Shown here one piece after another: positions 23,157-33,989 of a stretch of DNA of 35,117 bases. The translations under genes and the position numbers were made by a program. How positions within the stretch are numbered: position 1 is the stretch's first letter; each line of letters opens with the position of its first letter. The DNA comes from Chiloscyllium plagiosum (Eukaryota), in contig NC_057752.1 of the NCBI RefSeq assembly GCF_004010195.1, positions 15,972,990 through 16,008,106 on the forward strand, in the 5' to 3' direction. A model generated the notes under the pieces. That model had not been told where the DNA came from. It searched no databases and saw only the letters and a list, made by a program, of their open reading frames with translations.

Positions 23157-23672
23157 AAACAATAAGGATCCAATAGTGATCCAGTACCTCACTGGACACC
23201 AACCTTCAGTCACTCGAACAGCCTTCTACCACTACCCTTTGTGTCCTGTTACTGAGCCAGTTTCTGATCATTCTTGTCAAGTTGCCCTCAATTCCTTCTC
23301 AATTAATATATCATGTTTGTTCTTGTCAAAAGCTTCGCTAATATCCGTATAAACTACATCAACTGTGTTTCCCTCATCCATACACTTGATCATATTTTCA
23401 AAAAATTCTAAAAGACTTTTTTGGCATGACGTCCTCCGACAAAGCTAAACTTATTATCTTTAATTAACCTGTGCCTTTCCAAGTGGGTATTAATGCGTTC
23501 CTTCAGAATTTTCTCTAATAGTTTCCCTGCAGCTGACTTGAGACTCATCAGTCTGTAAGTCCCTGCTTCACCTCCACTACCTTTCTTATAAAATGGAACC
23601 ACATTTGCCATCCTCAGAGCCCCTGCAATTTCCTGCCTCACCTGCCCCAGCAGCCTGGATGCATTTCATCCA

Positions 23673-23975
23673 GGGGCTGGGCTGCACAGTGGCTCAGTGG
23701 TTAGCACTGCTGCCTCACACCACCAGGGTCCCAGGTCCGATTCCAACCTCTGTGTGGAGTTTGCACATTCTCCCCGTGTCTGCGTGGGTTTCCTCCGGGT
23801 GCTCCAGTTTCCTCCCACAGTCCAAAGATATGCAGGTCAGGTGAATTGGCCATGCTAAATTGCCCATAGTGTTAGGTACATTAGTCAGAGGGAAATCAGT
23901 CTAGGTGGGTTACTCTTCGGAGGGTCGGCATGGACTGGTTGAGCTGAAGGGCCTGTTTTCACACTAATCCAATCA
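23673..23975 (+). mobile_element. HE1-type SINE, older subfamily
   Basis: Head as above; ttagtcagagg variant shared with 31701. Confidence 0.85.
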
Positions 23976-25604
23976 ATCCAGGCCAGGTCATTATTCTGTT
24001 TTTCAGTCTGATAGAGCCTCCAATTCCTCCCCATTTCCTCTGTCAAACTGTGCAAGTTTCTCACAGGCCCTTTTCCTGAATTCCATACCTACGTCATCCT
24101 TTTCCAAAGTGAAGGGAAGTACTCATCCAATACCCTTACAATGTCCTGCGGCTTCACATACTGGTTGCACCCATGGTCCCAAATGGGCCCTACTGTCTTC
24201 CTGGTTAACCTATTCCTTTTAATGCTTTTATAATATACCTTAGGATTCTCCCTAATCCTTTTTTACAAGTCTTTTTTTCATGCCCCTTTTTGCTCTTCTA
24301 ATTGCTTTGTTAAGTCTTCTCCTGCACTTTCTGTATTCCTCCAGGACCACAGCTGAATTGCTCCCTGTGGACTTAAGCCCATCGGGTCAGCTGTGCCTTT
24401 CAATCATGGCTGATAAGTTTCTCAAACACATTCTCCCGTTTTCCCCCCATAACCATTGATCCCCTTGATACTAAAGTACCTATCTATCTCAGTCTTAAGT
24501 ATACTCAGTGACCTGGCCTCCACAGCCTTCTGTGGCAATGAATTCCACACTCTGGCTGAAGAAGTTTCTCCTCATCTCCATTCTAAAGGGTCTTCCCTTT
24601 ACTCTAAGGCTGTGCCTTCGAGTCCTAATCTCTCTTACCAATGGAAACATCTTCTCAAAGTTGACTCTGTCCAGGCCATTCAGAATTCTCTATGTTTCAA
24701 TTAAATCCCCCCTCATCCTTCTAAACTCCATTGAGTCTCGACCCAGAGTCCTCAAATGTTCCTCATATGTTAAGCTTTTTATTCCTGGGACCATTCTCAT
24801 GAATCTCCTCTGAATATGCTCCTGGACCAGTGCATCCTTCCTGAGATATGGGCCCCAAAACAATGCACAATACTCCAAATGTAGTCTGACCAGAACCTTA
24901 TAGAGCCTCAACAGTATATCCTGGCGTCTATATTCAAGTCCTCTCAAAATATATGCCATCATTGCATTTGTTTTCCTAACTATTGACTCAACCTGCAGGT
25001 TTACCTCGAGAGAATCCTGGACGAGAGTTTTTTGCACTTCAGACTTCTGAGTTTTCTCCCCATTTAGAAAATAGTCTATGTCTCTTAATCTTCCTACCAA
25101 AGTGCATGAGCTCACATTTTCCACATTGTACTCTATCTGCCACTTTGCCCACTCTCCTGACCTGTCCAAATTCTTCTGTAGCCTTCCTGCCTCTTCAGTG
25201 CTACCTGTCTCTCTACCTATCTTGTATCGTCTGCAAACTTAGCCAGAATGTCCTCAGTTCCTTCATCTTGATCATTAATGTATAAAGTGAAAAGTTGGGG
25301 TCCCAACACTGAGCCTTGCGGAACACCACTTGTTACCAGCTGGCACCCTGAGAAGGACCCTTTCATCCCCAATCTCTGCTTTATGCCAGACAGCTAAGCT
25401 TCTTTCCATACTAGCATCTTGGCTCTGACACCATGGGCCTTACTCAGTAGCCTCCTGTGCGACACCTTGTCAAAGGCCTTCTTGAATATCCATTGACTCT
25501 CCTTAGTCTAACCTGCTTATTACTTCCTCAAAGGATTCTAGCAGATTTGTCAGGCATGACCTCCCCTTGATGAAACCATGACGACTTTGCCCTATTTTAT
25601 CGTA

Positions 25605-25810
25605 CATAGAACATAGAACATAGAAGAATACAGCGCAGTACAGGCCCTTTGGCCCTCGATGTTGCGCCGATCCAAGCCCACCTAACCTATACTAACCCAC
25701 TATCCTCCATATACCTATCCAATGCCCGCTTAAATGCCCATAAAGAGGGAGAGTCCACCACTGCTACTGGCAGGGCATTCCATGAACTTACGACTCGCTG
25801 AGTGAAGAAC
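25605..25810 (-). mobile_element. Young CR1 3' end, near-identical to 2204-2401
   Basis: Two mismatches in about 197 bp by manual comparison; (catagaa)n tail. Confidence 0.9.
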
Positions 25811-26389
25811 TTCCAAGTATTCTGAAATCTCATCCTTCACAATGGATTCCAGGATCTTACCCATGACCAAAGTTAGGCTAATCAATCTGTAATATTCCGT
25901 CTTTTGTCTTACTCCCTTTTTAAACAGTGGTGTCACATTAACAATTCTCCAGTCCTGTGGGACACTCCCTGATTCTAGCAATTCCTGAAAGATTATCACT
26001 AACACCTCCATGATCTGTTCAGCGATCTCTCTTAGAACTCTGGGGTGTAGTCCATCTGGTCCAGGTGATATATCTACCTTCAGGCTATTCAGTTTTTCTT
26101 GCAACCTTTGCTTGGTGATGGCCACCTTACTCAGCTCTGCCCCCTCACTCTTGAATTTTTGGGATATTACCCGTGTCTTCCACCTTGAAGACTGATGCAA
26201 AGTAATTGTTGACTTCCTCAGACATTTCCTTGTTCCCAATTGTTATCTCTCCAGCATCATTTTCAGTGACCCAATGTACTTTTTTGCCCCTCTTTTGCCC
26301 TTGAGATATCAAAAGAAACTTACAGTCTTTGTTTATATTACTGGCAAGGTTTGTAGCTCAGGTTGAGGTGTAGGGTGTAGGTTTGATAT

Positions 26390-26429
26390 CCAGACGTTTC
26401 ATTACCTGGCTAGGTAACGTCATCAGTGG
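26390..26429 (-). ncRNA. Minimal type-I hammerhead ribozyme motif, intact core (family B)
   Basis: CCA-CTGATGA-C-GTTACCT-AGCC-AGGTAAT-GAAAC-GTC-TGG; 7-bp stem II; stem I CCA/TGG. Confidence 0.78.
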
Positions 26430-26753
26430 CGACCTCCAAGTGAAGCGAAGCTGTTGTCTCCTGCTTTCTATTTATATCTTTCTCCTGGATGGGGTTCCTG
26501 GGGTTTGAGGTGATGTCATTTCCTGTTTGTTTTCTGAGGGGTTGATAGATAGCATCTAGATCTATGTGTTTGTTTATGGCGTTGTGGTTGGAGTGCCAGG
26601 CCTCTAGGAATTCTCTGGCATGTCTTTGCTTAGCCTGTCCCAGGATAGATGTGTTGTCCCAGTCAAAATGGTGGCTTTTTTCATCCGTGTGTATGAAAAA
26701 AAAAGCCACCATTTTGGATGTCTGGATATCAAACCTACAGCTCAGCGAGCAAA

Positions 26754-26847
26754 NNNNNNNNNNNNNNNNNNNNNNNNNNNNNNNNNNNNNNNNNNNNNNN
26801 NNNNNNNNNNNNNNNNNNNNNNNNNNNNNNNNNNNNNNNNNNNNNNN
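26754..26847. other. Assembly gap (94 N)
   Basis: Run of N. Confidence 1.
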
Positions 26848-26982
26848 ATAGATCTAGATACCATCTATCAACCCCTCAGAAAACGAACAGGAAATGACAT
26901 CCCACAAACCCTAGGAACCCTATCCAGGAGAAAGATTTAAATAGAAAACAGGAGACAACAGCTTCGCTTCACTTGGAGGTCG

Positions 26983-27022
26983 CCACTGATAATGTTACCT
27001 AACCAGGTAATGAAACGTCTGG
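26983..27022 (+). ncRNA. Hammerhead motif, core-mutated copy (CUGAUAA)
   Basis: CCA-CTGATAA-T-GTTACCT-AACC-AGGTAAT-GAAAC-GTC-TGG. Confidence 0.65.
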
Positions 27023-27468
27023 ATATCAAACCTACAGCTCAGCGAGCAAACCTACACCCTATTACTGGCAAGTTTACCCTCATATTTAATCATCTCCTTC
27101 CTTATTTCTTTTTTTGTTACCCGCTATTAGTCTTTGTAAGCTTCCTAATCCTCTGGTTTCCCACCGCCCTTCGCCATATTATATGCTTTCTCTTTTGCTT
27201 ATATGCTATCCTGATGTCCCTAGTCAGTCATGGTTGCCTTGTCCTCCCTGTACCGTGCTTCTTTTCCTTGGGATGAATGTTTACCGTTCCTCCTGAATTA
27301 CTCCCAGAAACTCCTGTCTTTGCTCTTCCATTGCTGTGGTAATGGGTGCTAATCGCTCTTCCTCTGAAGGAGGATTACTGCAGCCCTGGCTATTAGCACT
27401 CTGTATTGAATCCGTATCAAACTGTTAGCATTTCTATCAAAGGTGTTGGCTGGACCCAAGCACTTCAG

Positions 27469-27508
27469 TGGGCAGTATACACTACTCATGGGCAGTATAC
27501 ACTACTCA
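27469..27508. repeat. 20-bp perfect tandem duplication tgggcagtatacactactca
   Basis: Two adjacent identical copies. Confidence 0.9.
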
Positions 27509-28585
27509 TGTGCATTCTCTCCCCCACCCACCTTAACTAATCAACTAGCTTGTGAGTGCATTGTGCTGGCATTCTGGTGACCCGAGGCAGTATGTGTTTG
27601 CTCTGCTGTCGCTCTCCATATTGTGGTCTGGCAGCCATCTTGTGTGTCAAGTGGCCAAGTTGTGGTTCAGTGGCCATCTTGTGTGCCTAGTGTCACCCTG
27701 CCCCATGCTATCTCCCACTTCAGTTGCTTTTATTCAGCAGTAATGCCTTTACCTCTGATTCAGTCTTCTCCCTCTTAAATGTTAGAGTAAATTCAGCCCT
27801 ATTATGATCACTGCCTCCTAAGGGTTCCTTCACCTTAAGCTCCCTTATCAATTCTGCCCCATTGCACAACAGTAAATCCAGTATTGCCTGTTCCCTAGTG
27901 GGCTCCACCACAAATTGCTCCAAAAAAGCCATCTCGTAGATGTTCCACAAATTCATTTTCTTGCAATCCACTACCAACCTGATTTTCTCAATACACTTGC
28001 ATATTGAAATCCCCCGTGAACACTAACTTTGCCTTTCCTACACATCTTTTCTATCTCCTGGTGCATCTTGCACCCCAGCTCCTGACTCCTATTTGGAGGC
28101 CTATGCATAATTCCAACTATTTTGTTTTTAATCTTTGTGGTTCCTCAATTCTACCCACACAGATTCTACACCATCTGACTTTGTTTTTTACTATTTATTT
28201 AATTTCATTTCTTATTAATAAGGCAACCTCATCCCCTCTGCCCTCTTTTCGATAGGGTGTATATCCTTGAATATTCAGCTCTCAGTCCTGATCCCCTTGC
28301 AGCCATGTCTCCCTGATGCTCACCACGTCATACCAGCCAATTTCGATCTGCCCCACAAGTTCATTTACCTTATTCCTTATACTGCACGCATTCAGATATA
28401 ACGTGTTCAAACCTGTATTAATTGTCCCTCCTCTTATCGTCATTGTCATTCTCATTGGCTTGCTGAAAGCTCTACTCCTCTTGCTTATCCAGTCCTCTAT
28501 TGTCCTTGACATTCTGGATTTTCTAAACTTATTGTTGCTACATTTCCCTCTAAAGGATACAATTTGGACCTATACTCTTGTTTTA

Positions 28586-28916
28586 TAGAATCCCTACAGT
28601 GTGGAAACAGACCCTTCGGCCCAACAAATCCACACCAACCCTCCAAAGAGTAACCCACAGACTCATTCCCCTACTAGTCTATGTTTACCCCAGACTAATG
28701 ACCTAACCTACACACCCCGATTAACTTGGCAATTTAGCATGGCCATTTCATCTAACCTGCACATCTTTGGACTGTGGGAGGAAACCAGATCACCCAGAGG
28801 AAACCCATGCAGAGAATGTGCAAACTCCACACAGACAGATGCCTGAGGTGGGAATCCAACCTGGGTCCCTGGCGCTTTAGAAGCAACAGTGCTAACCACC
28901 GAGGTACCATGCTGCC
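28586..28916 (-). mobile_element. HE1-type SINE, diverged
   Basis: Reverse complement of the HE1 consensus seen in the other copies. Confidence 0.85.
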
Positions 28917-28919
28917 AGC

Positions 28920-30200
28920 TCCTTTATGAATGCCCCTCATTGCTCTGTTGTAGACTTACCTGCAAGGAGCTGTTCCCAGTCTAATGTGGCCAGATCCTGT
29001 TTTGGTTTAATAAAATCTACTTCCCCCAATCCAAAGCTATTTTCAGCAGGCCATCTTCTTCCTTGTCCATTACAAATTTGAACCGTGCTTTCACCTAAAT
29101 GTTCCCCCACTGCCACATCAAACGTTGTGGTCTTCATCCATCTTCATTCCCCAGTACCAGATCCAGCACTGCACTGTCCCTTGTTGGGCCTCTTACGAAT
29201 TGATTCAAAAACTTCCCTGGATGCAGTCATGAAATCTGTCACCGCTAGGCTCTTTGCACTATGAGTGTCCCAACCTATGTTGGGAAAGTTGAAATCCCCT
29301 AATATAATTACCTGATTATTATCCTTACAAACTTTTGTGAACAGTCTACATATTTGCTCCTCTCTTTCCCACTGAGTAAAGTAGCTGGCCCCTTATTATT
29401 CTTAAGTTATACCCGGAGAGCCTCATTTGACGACCCTTCCAAGATATCCATTCTCTTTATTGCGGTAATTGACTGTTTAGTTAACAGTGCTACACCACCC
29501 CCAATGATTTTACACCCTCCTCTATCTTGCATAAAGATATTTTACCCTGGAATATTGAGTTGCTGGTCCAGCCCTTCCCTCAACCAAATTTCTGTGATGG
29601 CAGAGGTGGGTACTGCAAATGCTGGAGATTAGAATCATGATTAGAGTGGTGCTGGAAAAGCACAGCAGGTCAGGCAACACCCGAGGAGCAGGAGAATCAA
29701 TGTTTTGGGCAAAAGTCCTTTACCAGGAATGAGGAAGTGTTGGCATCAATATCATATTTCCATGTGTCAGTCTGTGCCATTAACTCATCAGTCTTGCTGT
29801 AGCATCATATGTCTCTGTTTGATCAATATTGTGTCCCTTCCTCCTGCCAGACTAGTTTAAAATCTTTCCAATGGCACTAGCAAATCCACCTGCAAGGATG
29901 TTGGTCCCAGCCTGGTTCAGGTACAATCTATTCCGTTTTTGCATATCCCACCTTCCCCAAACACAAACCCAGTGATCCAGGAATCTGAAACCCACCTTTT
30001 TGTGTCAGTTCTTGAATCACGCATTCATCTGTGCTATTTTCCTATTTCTAAACTCGCTAGCACGTGACACCAGGGGTAATCCAGAGATTTCAACCATTGA
30101 AGTCCTGCTTTTGAATCTACTGCCTAGCTCCCTGAATTCTTGATGCAAGAGCTCATTTCTCACTTTGCCCATATCCTTGGTACCACCATGGACACCTTTC
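28920..30200 (-). mobile_element. Old CR1 5' part (endonuclease and ORF1 remnants), probably the continuation of 21930-24370
   Basis: AVGEHLGES...DLATLDWEQLLAGKSTTEQ (28937-29137); CR1-like upstream remnants at 29830-30140. Confidence 0.6.
29600..29735 (-). mobile_element. PLE family A pLTR with decayed hammerhead
   Basis: gtggtgctggaaaagcacagcaggtcaggca...; core degraded to CTGGTAA...CAAAAC. Confidence 0.75.
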
Positions 30201-30221
30201 TCTCATTCATTACCCTTCCTT

Positions 30222-30470
30222 TTCAGGTGGATGTAAAAGATCCAACAATCACTATTTTTTTTTGTGAAGAAAGAGCAATGAAGTTCTCCATGCTGACCTG
30301 GGGACAGGATTTATCTCTTGTCCAATTTTGCCAGAACAGATTATTTATTCTTCATGTTTCAGCCTGTGGGATCTTGCTATACACAAATTGGCTGCCATGT
30401 TTTAAAATTGCTGAGCGATTATGATTTAAAAACAGTTTATTGGCTGTGAAGTGGCTCGAGGAATTCAACA
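30222..30470 (+). mobile_element. Ancient DeuSINE (SacSINE1-like) central and 3' fragment
   Basis: caggtggatgtaaaagatcc...gaagaaagagca...tgtgggatcttgct...caaattggctgcc resembles the Deu domain, by recall. Confidence 0.55.
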
Positions 30471-30657
30471 TTGTGGTATGAATTGCAATCTTTCTTTAAC
30501 ATATTCATACGAAGCTTTTAATCACAATTGCTAAACCAGATTTACTTTTACATCAGTTGTTGTCTGGATATAGTTCAAAGCAATGAGGAATGCTGATATC
30601 TAGATTGCATGACTTTGGGGTGGAGTGAAGTGTGGTCCTTCCAACATATGTGGTATG

Positions 30658-30776
30658 GAGAAAGTGAGGACTGCGGATGCTGGAGATCAGTGTCGAAAAG
30701 TGTGGTGCTGGAAAAGCACAGCCGGTCGGGCAGCATCCAAGGAGCAGGAGAGTCAAGCATAAGCTCTTCATCAGGA
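30658..30776 (-). mobile_element. PLE family A pLTR; hammerhead has lost its GAAACG segment
   Basis: Minus strand reads cctgatgaagagcttatgcttgactctcc. Confidence 0.75.
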
Positions 30777-31700
30777 TTTTCTAACACCAGCTTTTGGAAC
30801 ATTGTGTGGTGTGTCCTACTCTTTTTCATAATAACCAGTACCCATTGCTTTCTTTGGCCTATGAAAATTAATCTGCTTCAGGCTCCCAATGAAGTCAGCT
30901 AATTCAAGCAAAGGACTTAACCTTCTCCTTCAGCGTGGTTCAGTGCTACGATAAAGTGAAGCATTTTCATGTTGGGAAAGTCAAAAACAAAGATACAGAC
31001 CGTAGGGGTTGTATACAGCAGCATTCAACATCCTATGATTTAGTTCGCCAGTAGGGCTCTTATTACTGAGGTAATGTCGGGCAGGTGCAAGACATCGGCT
31101 GGTTTGATGCCCTGTAATTCTGTATTATAAAGATGTCTGTCTTATACGCTGGCTTATATCCCAGGAATTCCAGTTTCTTGTCACTGAATACCAAGCACCT
31201 TCAGTACTTGACAACACCCAATAGAATTATCCAGCACATTATTCAGGGAATACAGAAAAGGCTATTTGACAGCTTCTCCACCCAAGTGATTGCATTCTGT
31301 AAGGAATGTCATCCTCCAGTATTGCTGCTTGCTACTATCTGTGGCTGATTGTTGTTTGTTCCATTTTGCACTCATGAGCTCAGGATGATTTTAGCATTAT
31401 AAGTTTTAGGAATGAGAGGTTGCTTACAAATACACAAGGAATAAAAACGTATCAAATGGCAATGAGGAGTGGGAAAGGAGGAAGAAGAGGTGGAATTCTA
31501 AAAGTTTTCAGACTATTACACTCCTTGAAGGTTTCTGAGAAAAGTGAGGAAGGAGATTTAGTAAGTTCTGTGATGGTGATGTATCCAGTGCCTCAGTCAA
31601 ATCTTTATTAACAGAGTGGAGTGAATTGAATCGGCTAAAGACCAACATTCTGGGAATCTCCAGAGTTGGCCAAGATGAAACATCAAGTCGGCACAGCACT

Positions 31701-32003
31701 GGGGCAGCACGCTGGGTCAGTGATTAGCACTGCTGCCTCACAGCACTAGGGTCACAGGTTCAATTCCAGCCTCTGGCGACTGTCTGTGTGGAGTTTGCAC
31801 ATTCTCCCGTGTCTGTGCAGGTTTCCTTTGGGTGCTCCAGTTTCCTCCCACAGCCCAAAGATGTGCAGGTCAGGTGAATTGGCCATGCTAAATTGCCCAT
31901 AGTTTTAGGTGCATTAGTCAGAGGGGAATGGGTTTAGGTGGGTTACTTTTTGGAGGGTCAGTGTGGACTGGTTGGGCCGAAGGGCCTATTTCCACACTAT
32001 GGA
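31701..32003 (+). mobile_element. HE1-type SINE, older subfamily
   Basis: Head and tail as above. Confidence 0.85.
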
Positions 32004-33159
32004 AAATCGTAATAAAGTCGGCACTCTAACTGAAGATTGTTGCAAATGCTGCAGCTTAATCTTTTACATTGGCATGCTGAAAACCTCCATTGAGGTTGGA
32101 GATATTTGTGTTGCATCCTGTCCCAGTGAGCTTCATTTGTGTGCAGACTGAGGAGTAAAAGGATGTTGAAAACTCATGAGTTTAGAGAATATTTAAGCTC
32201 ATTTATCAATCCTTTCCAGTTCCCTGTAGCTTGGGTTGCAGTCATTTCTGTCTCTCTCTTTAATTCAGCTTCCCCATGACTTTTAAAAAAAAAACAGGAA
32301 GTGTTTACTTCTCCTTCCTCTGTTGCACCCTCTGGTGGAAAGGAAGTGGTTAAGTTGCTTTGTTTCTTGCTTTGCGTTTGCAGAGCAGCAGAGCTCTGCA
32401 AACTCAGTTCCTCTCTCTGAATGGTGACTGAAAGCGAAGTACAATGCAGCGAAAACAGAGCATTTAACCCTTTTATTGCTGGTGTTCTCAATATTCTGCC
32501 CTAATAGACACTGTTAAACAGTTGTAATAGCCAGCAGTGATACAGAAATCAGTTATGCCTTCCACAAGCTTCTAACACAGCCTCATCCACTTCAAATGTT
32601 TCTCCTTTTCGATACCTGCAGGAAATGGTTACATTTGCCTGACCGCCCCCTTACTCTTCTATAGACAATACGTTTCTGCAGGGCATCTGATCATGAAATA
32701 CAAATTCCAGCCTCGGCCCAGCAGCCACAGGGTGTGTCAGATATTCTCCCCACTCCTCCGCTCTCTCTTAATACCTCACCAAAAGCAAGGACACCAAGCC
32801 AGTACTGTCGGCATACCTAACTTTGTATTAAGGAGACCTTGCTGCTCCGAGTAAAGGGACCCAACCCTGAAGAGATTGGGGCCTTCCTGCTGCATCCTAA
32901 CTTAGTCTGGCCTACATGTGTAAATAGCATCATAGCAATGTGATTGGTTCTTAAATGGCCTACAACACAGTTCATTCTGTCAAACTCTAACAGAAAATTT
33001 ACAAAGGAATAAAACTGAACAGACGTGCAGCAAGAACAGTTGAGGGAGAGTTGCAGTAGTAGTCCCCAAAATTATTCCAAAATTCCTGAAATGTCATATG
33101 TCCATACAAATTTGGAACAGAATGTGCAATCCAGACCCTCAAGCCTGCTCATCATTCAA

Positions 33160-33760
33160 TAACATAGAACATAGAACAGTACAGCACAGAATAGGCCCTT
33201 CAGCCCACGATATTGTGCTGACCACTGATCCTCATGTATGCACCCTCAAATTTCTGTGACCATATGCATGTCCAGTAGTCTCTTAAATGTCCCCAATGAC
33301 CTCGCTTCCACAACTGCCGCTGGCAAGGCATTCCATGCTCTCACAACTCTCTGTGTAAAGAACCCACCTCTGACATCCCCTCTATACTTTCCTCCAACCA
33401 GCTTAAAACTATGACCACTCGTGTTAGTCATTTCTGCCCTGGAAAATAGTCTCTAGCTATCAACTCTATCTATGCCTCTCATTATCTTGTATACCTCAGT
33501 TAGGTCCCCTCTCCTCCTCCTTTTCTCCAATGAAAAAAGTCCGAGCTCAGTCAACCTCTCTTCATAAGATAAGCCCTCCAGTCCAGGCAGCATCCTGGTA
33601 AACCTCCTCTGAACCCTCTCCAAAGCATCCACATTTTTCCTATAATAGGACGACCAAAACTGGACGCAGTATTCCAAGTGCGGCCTAACCAAAGTTTTAT
33701 AGAGCTGCAACAAGATATCACGACTCTTAAACTCAATCTCCCTGTTAATGAAAGCCAAAG
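33160..33760 (-). mobile_element. CR1 LINE 3' part
   Basis: ORFs 33453-33758 (LYKTLVRPHLEYCVQFWS...RGDLTEVYKIMRGIDRV) and 33246-33431; (catagaa)n tail. Confidence 0.92.
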
Positions 33761-33989
33761 CTGTCTGCTCTGAGCAGCACGTGTGAGATTACAGTTACAT
33801 CACAGTATTTAATGTTCATTAAACCCTTTCTATGTGATTTCTTTGAATATTTCCTTTTGCCAAATATAAAGCTATTGAATGTGAGGTATGAAAGACTGCT
33901 TGGCCGACAGTCAAGCATCATCTAATTGGACAATGAGGCTTTAAGCTTTCCAATTGTTGTAGGAAGGCAAGGTGGTTTTGCTAAACGTG

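Larger units (their letters stand above)
21930..24370 (-). mobile_element. Old CR1 LINE, 3' and RT part (interrupted by two HE1 SINEs)
   Basis: ORFs 22269-22565, 22540-22764 and 23408-23641 (ANVVPFYKKG...YRLMSL.S..GKLLEKILK). Confidence 0.8.
26349..27059. mobile_element. Fold-back (inverted) Penelope-like insertion, family B, with 13-bp TSD
   Basis: TSD TATTACTGGCAAG at 26336-26348 and 27060-27072; ORF 26410-26712 HHFDWDNTSILGQAKQRHAREFLEAWHS resembles a PLE GIY-YIG C-terminus; the right arm is the reverse complement of the left. Confidence 0.85.
24375..28460 (-). mobile_element. CR1 LINE with near-complete degenerate ORF2 (APE endonuclease to RT), interrupted at 25605-25810, 26349-27059 and 27335-27717
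   Basis: LYLNACSIRNK...ETWLQ (28282-28512), EPTREQAILDL...GGSDHN (27720-27977), SPGPDGLHPRVL...NVTPLFKKG (25730-26239), LYKVLVRLHLEYC (24690-25169). Confidence 0.88.

Noticed and set aside
26564..26940. ORFs running through the N gap
   Set aside because: Artifacts of undefined bases
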